A DNA stretch of 32,000 bases, taken from positions 22,459-54,458 of the forward strand of contig CAYRPF010000012.1 of assembly GCA_964426185.1 (NCBI GenBank), read 5' to 3'. Shown piece by piece: positions 25,980 to 32,000 of the stretch. This DNA comes from an uncultured archaeon. Its GTDB lineage: Archaea > Asgardarchaeota > Lokiarchaeia > Sigyniarchaeales > Promethearchaeaceae. The stretch's first letter is position 1, and every line of letters begins with the position of its first letter. The position numbers and the translations under genes are program-made. Under the pieces are notes generated by a model that was given only the letters and a program-made list of their open reading frames with translations, was not told where the DNA came from and did not search any database.

Positions 25980-27173
25980 TTAGTACTTGTAACTATATTC
26001 AAAATTTCCATTTGAAGTTTCTATCTTTAATTTATTAAAGTTTTTTTCTGAAGATTGCTCCACTGAACCAATTATTTGAGCATTGACATAGTATTTTTTC
26101 GCGGTTTTGATGACATAATCTTGGGCATAATCTTCAGGGCAAATAATCTCCATTCTGTGCCCCATATTGAAGACTTGATACATCTCTTTCCAATCGGTTT
26201 TTGAAGATTCTTGAATTAATTTAAAGAAGGGAGGGGTTGAAAACAGATTGTCTTTGATGTAGTGAAGGTTTTTTCCGAACTTTAAGCATTTAGTCTGCCC
26301 ACCGCCGGTGTTGTGAAAAATTGCATGAATTTGTGAATGTTCTTGACTGAATAAATCCAGTAAAATGGGTGTATACGTTCGTGTAGGTGATAAAAGCGCT
26401 TGACCCATCGTCAGATTTGTATTAGGGACTTTATCTTGTAGTCTATATTTACCGAAAAAAATCCAATTTTCATCAAGTTCTGGGCTATAACATTCTGGAT
26501 ATTTATCAAAATAATCGTGATGCAATAATCCATGACGGGCAAGTGTCAATCCATTGCTTCCAATTCCGCTATTGTATTGTTCTTCATAATTTGACTTTCC
26601 GAAACTGCTTAAACCGACAATTACATCTCCTGGTTGAATAGAATCTGGAGTAATAACTTCCGATCGTTTCATTCGGGAAACTAAAGTAGAATCTACAATC
26701 AAAGTCCGGACTAAATCTCCCACATCAGCAGTTTCACCTCCACAAGACTCTATTGGAAGTCCCATCTTGTTCAATTTATGAATAAAACTATCATAGGCAT
26801 TAATAATGGTCTTGATTACAGCACCCGAGATGAGTTTCTTATTTCTACCAATTGTATTGGATAATAAATAATTGGATCCCGGGCCAACACATAATACATC
26901 ATCGACATTCATCACGATACTATCTTGGACAATTCCCTCAAAATAGGATAAATCTGCTGTTTCATTAAACATCATATATGCCAAAGATGATTTCGTTCCT
27001 GCCCCATCTGCATGAACTAAAGAACAATAATTTTGATTTCCCGCAATATCTTTAATTATTTTACAAAATGCCCCTGGAAATAGACCTTTATCGATATGGC
27101 TTATGGCTTCATGAACTTCTTCTTTTTGAGAAGAAACTCCTAAAATTTCATACATTGGTTTTTTTTGCGCCAT
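25980..27173 (-). CDS. purM: Phosphoribosylformylglycinamidine cyclo-ligase (AIR synthase)
   Basis: HADGAGTKS, MNVDD, GGETADVGD, GIGSNGLTLARH, LLSPTRTY, HNTGGG, MYQVFNMG; ATG 27173 lies just after the purB stop. Confidence 0.92.
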   Translation of the reverse strand: MAQKKPMYEILGVSSQKEEVHEAISHIDKGLFPGAFCKIIKDIAGNQNYCSLVHADGAGTKSSLAYMMFNETADLSYFEGIVQDSIVMNVDDVLCVGPGSNYLLSNTIGRNKKLISGAVIKTIINAYDSFIHKLNKMGLPIESCGGETADVGDLVRTLIVDSTLVSRMKRSEVITPDSIQPGDVIVGLSSFGKSNYEEQYNSGIGSNGLTLARHGLLHHDYFDKYPECYSPELDENWIFFGKYRLQDKVPNTNLTMGQALLSPTRTYTPILLDLFSQEHSQIHAIFHNTGGGQTKCLKFGKNLHYIKDNLFSTPPFFKLIQESSKTDWKEMYQVFNMGHRMEIICPEDYAQDYVIKTAKKYYVNAQIIGSVEQSSEKNFNKLKIETSNGNFEYSYKY

Positions 27174-27174
27174 G

Positions 27175-28608
27175 TTATATTTCACGGTGATTATCATCAA
27201 GTATGTAATTACTTTTAATAAAGCTTATAGCTTGTTCCACTTGTGGAATGGCCATTCCTAAATATTGCTTTGAATCTAATAAATTATTTATTTCTTCTTC
27301 ACTAAAACGGGAGTTAATTTCAGGGTTGGCTAAAAGAATTGATTTCATCGAGTCATGTTTCTGGCGCGATTCAATTGCAGCGGTTCTTAGTAGTTCATGT
27401 CCTGTTTGACGCCCGATTCCCTTATCAACTAAAGCAACCATGATCCTTTCCACCAAAAATGCTCCGTGAGTGAAATTTAGATTTCGCTCAATTGCTTCTT
27501 CATTAAATTCTAAACCTTCCAGAATTTGACTCAATTGAGATAGCATGTAATCCAATAATATGAAATTTTCTGCAAAAATTATTCTTTCATTGGCAGAATT
27601 TGTTAAATCGCGTTCATCTTCTAAACCAATATTATCAATCCCGACTATTAAATTAGATTTAATAACTCGGGCAAGAGAGCATAATCGTTCGGCTTTATGG
27701 GGATTTCTTTTATGTGGCATAGTAGAGCTGCCAACTTGGCTTTTTGTGAAAGGTTCAAACATTTCACCAATTTCAGTACGTTGGAGTATACGCATTTCTC
27801 TGGCAATTTTATCAATTGTTCCGGCGATTAATCCTGTTAAATTTATTGCTTCAGCATGTCTATCTCTTTGAACAATTTGATTTGCGACTATTACTGCACG
27901 TAAAGGGATTTGAAACTCTTTTGCTAATATTTCCATTACAATTTCTTGAATTTTGAATCCTTTCTCTCCGAACGAAGCCATAGTTCCAACTGCTCCAGAC
28001 ATTTTACCAACGGCAATTCTTGGAAGTAAATCTCTTATTCGATCTAAATGTCGAGCCATTTCACAAGCCCATACTGCAAATCTCATGCCGTACGTAGTAG
28101 GTAAAGCTTGTTGCCCGTGAGTTCGTCCCACACAAAGGTGATTTTTATGTTCTTCAGCCAGTTGAATTAAAAGAGTTAGAACTTTAGTAATGGAATCATT
28201 CAAGATAAAGAAGGCTTGTGTAAGTTGAATAGCGGTGGCCGTATCTTCGATATCGTAAGAAGTCGCCCCCAAGTGAATGTAATTTCCTGCAGTACCTTCA
28301 CATTGCTCTGTTAAACCTTTTACCATCGCCATTAGATCATGGTGAATCTTATGTTCGATTTCAAGAACCCGTTTAATTTTAACGAAATTTAAAGTTGCTT
28401 TCTTGGAGATTTCATCCGCAGCATCTTGAGGTATATCCCCGATGGAAGCATGAGCTTGAGCTAAGGCAGCTTCTACGCGAAGCCAACGATAAAGTTTAGC
28501 ACTTTGGGTAAATAATTTTGCCATCTCAACTGTTTGATATCTTTCTTCAATTGGATGAATGGAATTTTTACTCATTATATTCTCAAATAATCCAATTTCA
28601 GAATCCAT
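27175..28608 (-). CDS. purB: Adenylosuccinate lyase
   Basis: HLGATSYDIEDTA, GRTHGQQA, GAVGT, GSSTMPHKRNP signature; start may be ATG 28575. Confidence 0.96.
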   Translation of the reverse strand: MDSEIGLFENIMSKNSIHPIEERYQTVEMAKLFTQSAKLYRWLRVEAALAQAHASIGDIPQDAADEISKKATLNFVKIKRVLEIEHKIHHDLMAMVKGLTEQCEGTAGNYIHLGATSYDIEDTATAIQLTQAFFILNDSITKVLTLLIQLAEEHKNHLCVGRTHGQQALPTTYGMRFAVWACEMARHLDRIRDLLPRIAVGKMSGAVGTMASFGEKGFKIQEIVMEILAKEFQIPLRAVIVANQIVQRDRHAEAINLTGLIAGTIDKIAREMRILQRTEIGEMFEPFTKSQVGSSTMPHKRNPHKAERLCSLARVIKSNLIVGIDNIGLEDERDLTNSANERIIFAENFILLDYMLSQLSQILEGLEFNEEAIERNLNFTHGAFLVERIMVALVDKGIGRQTGHELLRTAAIESRQKHDSMKSILLANPEINSRFSEEEINNLLDSKQYLGMAIPQVEQAISFIKSNYILDDNHREI

Positions 28609-28644
28609 AAAGAATTTGTGGATGAAAAAAAGAGAAAGTGAAAT

Positions 28645-29091
28645 TCAATCTAAAATTGCCAAATAGAAGGTTCCTTCCATTTTTATGGTGCTTCCTTCAG
28701 ACATCTGCACCGTGCCACTGATTAAAGTGGCTTCTTCATTCATATCCCCCATGAAGACAAAATGTTGCGAACTTGTTTCGTTATAAAAGTAAATACTGAA
28801 TTCCACATGAGTATCTTGGCAGAAGTATTCCATATTATCGAATTCTTTAGTCGAATTTTCAATTTGGATCGTTCCATTCAAGGTTCCACGGCCATCAAAC
28901 GTAATATTTATTATATAAGGGTTTTTATCCTGGAAATTAACAATTCCTCTGTAATTTCCATTAAGATTTTCATTAGTAAAGATGTTTAGATTCCTAATAA
29001 TGGAAATCAAGAGAATGATCAGAACGATAAATACCACGCTCGTAATAACATAGAAACCACGCTTAGAATTGGATGTTGGTAAAAATCCCAT
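28645..29091 (-). CDS. Membrane-anchored/secreted beta-rich hypothetical protein
   Basis: KR followed by hydrophobic VITSVVFIVLIILLISII; alternating beta-strand pattern; several NxS/T sequons. Confidence 0.65.
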   Translation of the reverse strand: MGFLPTSNSKRGFYVITSVVFIVLIILLISIIRNLNIFTNENLNGNYRGIVNFQDKNPYIINITFDGRGTLNGTIQIENSTKEFDNMEYFCQDTHVEFSIYFYNETSSQHFVFMGDMNEEATLISGTVQMSEGSTIKMEGTFYLAILD

Positions 29092-29195
29092 TATGATTAT
29101 TAATCCTTAATGACAAAAAAAAATACTTTTTACAAATACTTGCTTTTAAAATAATAGTTATTTAATTAAATTATACGCTTTGATAAAGGTGGATT

Positions 29196-29687
29196 ATCGT
29201 TTATTACGTTGTTCGCTGTTCTAATTGCGGAACCCCGCAATATATCCAAGAATCTCAAAAAACCCGCACTTGTCCTAAATGTCGAAAGAAAATTAAGTGT
29301 ATCACTTTGAAAATTCTCGCAAAGGCTGAATCAGTACAAGAAGCACTTCAAATTGTTCAACATATGAAATCTCCGCATAAATACGAGCTCCAAATTGAAA
29401 AATTTAAGGCTAAGCTCCAAGGGACTAAAAAAAGCGAAGAGGTTATAATAGGAGACTTGCTTTCCGAATTGATTCAATTATTCCCCAATCAATTGCCTAA
29501 AAGCTATCTAATCCAAGCCGCTGAAAATATAGAATTAGATTTAGATACTTTGGAAAAAAATCTAGAAAAATTGAACCAAGCAGGATTAGTGCTAATAAAT
29601 AGAGATTTTCGGCCCAATTCTCATGATTTTCTGCTTAAATTTCCTTCTATTCCTTTTACATTCGGAAAAATTCAAGTAAAGAAATAA
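29196..29687 (+). CDS. DUF1922-like Zn-ribbon protein with C-terminal winged-helix-like region; start probably non-canonical
   Basis: In frame upstream of the track's TTG 29307: IIVYYVVRCSNCGTPQYIQESQKTRTCPKCRKKIKC. No ATG/GTG/TTG lies between in-frame TAA 29184 and 29307. Confidence 0.75.
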   Translation: MVYYVVRCSNCGTPQYIQESQKTRTCPKCRKKIKCITLKILAKAESVQEALQIVQHMKSPHKYELQIEKFKAKLQGTKKSEEVIIGDLLSELIQLFPNQLPKSYLIQAAENIELDLDTLEKNLEKLNQAGLVLINRDFRPNSHDFLLKFPSIPFTFGKIQVKK

Positions 29688-29712
29688 ATTTCAAATATGC
29701 TAAAGGATTAAA

Positions 29713-31143
29713 ATGAATTCCAAATCCATTGAACAAGATACCAAGCTGGAACCTATTTCCATCGAGCGAGACGATTTAGATTTTCTTCGAGATATAACTA
29801 AAGAACGAGACCTTGATTATTTCAATCTACGAATTGGAAAAGGTATAACAACCTCCATTTCACTATTACATAAAATCACCAGATCATCCAGTGCAGGAAT
29901 TGGGAAAGGCTTCTCCATCCAAGCATTTACACAGGGAGGTTATGGATTCGCAGTAGGATATAAATTTGATAAAGAATCGATCACAAAGGTTTTTCATCAA
30001 GCCGCAGATCTTGCACATTGGAGCGCTCAATTTGTTAAAAAGCCATTTTTAATCGATGAAACTGATGATCGTCAGGAAAGGTATAGCATTCCTCAGAAAA
30101 TTTCCATTGGAGACACTCCACCAGATGAAAAAATGAAATTGCTCTTAGAAATTGAAAATGAAGCATATTTCGATCCAAGAATTGTCTCCACCAACGTTAA
30201 TTATACAGATTTAGAAGTTGAATATCTCATTTACAATAATTTTAATCGATTCATTAGGTTGAAAAATAGCTGGGTTTATTTTACAATGCAGGCCGTAGCT
30301 CGAGAAGGTCATCGTCAAGAGGGTTATCATGTATCCCATGGAAAAATCGGTGGCTTTGAAGGTTTGCATGATGCTTTTGGCTTAGGTCGTTCGACTGCAG
30401 ATTCTGCAATTGAATTGCTTTCAGCAAAAACTGTACCTGGTGGAAAATTCGATTTAATTGTGGATCCCCTCCTTTGTGGAACTTTTATCCATGAAGCCTT
30501 TGGGCATACTGTAGAGGCGGATACTATATTGACAAGCGAGAGCATATTAGCGGATAAAATAGGCAAAAAGATTGGAAATCCGAATGTAAACATTGTAGAT
30601 AATCCAGAATTAGTAGATGGGTTTGGATATATTCCTGTTGACTCTGATGGTACTAAAAGTCAGAAAACTCAGATTGTAAAAAATGGGGTTTTAGTGAATT
30701 ATTTACATTCTTTAGAAACCGCCTCCAGAATGAATGTAACTCCAACTGGTAATGGGAGAGCAAGTGGATTTTCAGTTCCCCCACAAGTTCGTATGACTAA
30801 TACTTATTTAGAACCTGGAGATTCCAATTTTGATGAAATGATTGCAGAACTCAAGAATGGGCTTCTTTGTGTCAATTGGAAGTATGGATATGTTGATCCC
30901 ATTGAAGGTACGCACCAATTTAAAATGTCTAAAGCATATATAATTGAAAATGGGGAAAAAATCCAAGTTGTTAGAGATGCTGCTATTTCTGGATTGACTT
31001 TGGATGTGCTAAATCGAGTTGATTTAATTGGAGATAAAATTGAATATGATTCAGGATATTGTTCAAAAGGTGGTCAACACATCCCAGTTGGTAGTGGGGG
31101 GCCATATGTATTGATAAAGGATATGATAGTAGGAGGAATATAA
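29713..31143 (+). CDS. tldD: TldD metalloprotease subunit
   Basis: FIHEAFGHTVEAD (HExxxH), DSDG, TGNGRA, PQVRMTNTY, CSKGGQHIPVGSGGP. Confidence 0.94.
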   Translation: MNSKSIEQDTKLEPISIERDDLDFLRDITKERDLDYFNLRIGKGITTSISLLHKITRSSSAGIGKGFSIQAFTQGGYGFAVGYKFDKESITKVFHQAADLAHWSAQFVKKPFLIDETDDRQERYSIPQKISIGDTPPDEKMKLLLEIENEAYFDPRIVSTNVNYTDLEVEYLIYNNFNRFIRLKNSWVYFTMQAVAREGHRQEGYHVSHGKIGGFEGLHDAFGLGRSTADSAIELLSAKTVPGGKFDLIVDPLLCGTFIHEAFGHTVEADTILTSESILADKIGKKIGNPNVNIVDNPELVDGFGYIPVDSDGTKSQKTQIVKNGVLVNYLHSLETASRMNVTPTGNGRASGFSVPPQVRMTNTYLEPGDSNFDEMIAELKNGLLCVNWKYGYVDPIEGTHQFKMSKAYIIENGEKIQVVRDAAISGLTLDVLNRVDLIGDKIEYDSGYCSKGGQHIPVGSGGPYVLIKDMIVGGI

Positions 31144-31169
31144 AAATCGAAGCAAATTCATGTGAAATT

Positions 31170-32000
31170 ATGAGTTTATTTGAAGATGGTTTTTTCCACA
31201 ATCAAAGTGAAAAAATCTATTCTTTAATTAAGAATTATCTATCAATCAAACATGTTGAAATTTATGCAAACGCTCTGAAATCAACCAAGGTTAATTTTGA
31301 AGCAGGTTTTATTAAAGATGCCTCTCAAAGAACATCTGCTGGAATTGGAATTCGGGTAATTGATACAGATGGTCGGGAAGGATTTACTTTTACATCTGAT
31401 TTTTCTGATTATGCAATCGATATAACCGTGCGTAATTCATATAAAATGATGAAAGCGGCTACACCGAATCCGGATTTTAAAGATCTGGCCCATCCCCAGA
31501 AAAAATATGTTTCCGTTTCTGGAATTTATGATCCCGCTTTAGAAGACATTTGTCTTGAGGAAATAAATGAAATTCTTCACCCCATATTTGATTTAAAAAA
31601 GAAAGAATTAGCCCCAAAATCATTAAGTGGAAGCTTTTCCAATTCAGTAGGCGGGACTTTCATTTGGAATAATAATGGAATATCTATTTGGGATCGGTTC
31701 TCTACTGCAAGTGTTACAGCAGAAGTAGGGCTCTCCCGTTCAAGTATACCAAGTTCTGGATTTAACTGGCAATCTGAATGTCAATTAAAAAATATTAATA
31801 CGAAATCAATTGCAGAAGAGAGTTATGCCATGGCTTTACGGGGATTAAAGAAAACTACCATTGAAACCAAAGAATATCCTGTAGTTTTTTCTCCACTTGC
31901 TACTGCCTATTTTTTAATTGACCCAATAACTTCAGCAATTAATGCCGAGCGAGTTCAAAATCAGATGTCTTTCTTAGGGGATTATCTGGATAGGCAGATT
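31170..32000 (+). CDS. pmbA: PmbA/TldE subunit, 3'-truncated by window edge; absent from ORF track
   Basis: I translated an open frame from ATG 31170 to the end: GIGIRVIDTDGREGFTFTSD ... EYPVVFSPLA ... AINAERVQNQMSFLGDYLDRQI; directly follows tldD. Confidence 0.88.
   Translation, partial: MSLFEDGFFHNQSEKIYSLIKNYLSIKHVEIYANALKSTKVNFEAGFIKDASQRTSAGIGIRVIDTDGREGFTFTSDFSDYAIDITVRNSYKMMKAATPNPDFKDLAHPQKKYVSVSGIYDPALEDICLEEINEILHPIFDLKKKELAPKSLSGSFSNSVGGTFIWNNNGISIWDRFSTASVTAEVGLSRSSIPSSGFNWQSECQLKNINTKSIAEESYAMALRGLKKTTIETKEYPVVFSPLATAYFLIDPITSAINAERVQNQMSFLGDYLDRQI

Noticed and set aside
29713-32000. tldD-pmbA as a RiPP maturation cluster
   Set aside because: The pair is a widespread housekeeping protease, and no precursor peptide or YcaO gene is visible in the window.

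Overview
AT-rich chromosomal window, gene-dense and mostly housekeeping, most consistent with an Asgard archaeon (Lokiarchaeia-like). This rests on archaeal information-processing genes (SRP54, a/eIF5A, Nob1, FEN1, Cdc48, eL40, eL38, Pth2, HerA) occurring with two Rab-like small GTPases and bacterial-type genes (hybrid histidine kinase, YgiQ radical SAM, Bacteroidota-like PurM). About 33 CDSs can be supported; rpl40e and a partial pmbA/tldE are missing from the ORF track. I saw no tRNA, rRNA, CRISPR array or transposase. The most unusual stretch is 21.8-24.3 kb. There a TrmB-family regulator lacks a canonical start codon for its conserved N-terminus. It overlaps a Rab-like GTPase through an A13 run, where loss of one A would give a TrmB-Rab fusion. 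It also shares a divergent intergenic region, containing a strong bulged hairpin and repeated motifs, with a membrane-anchored Zn-finger gene. Other leads: probable ATC-type start codons, an in-frame 30-bp duplication at a Rab 3' end hiding an alternative hydrophobic tail, and a NikR-like protein without nickel ligands. All family assignments come from motif recognition by eye; no database search was run.
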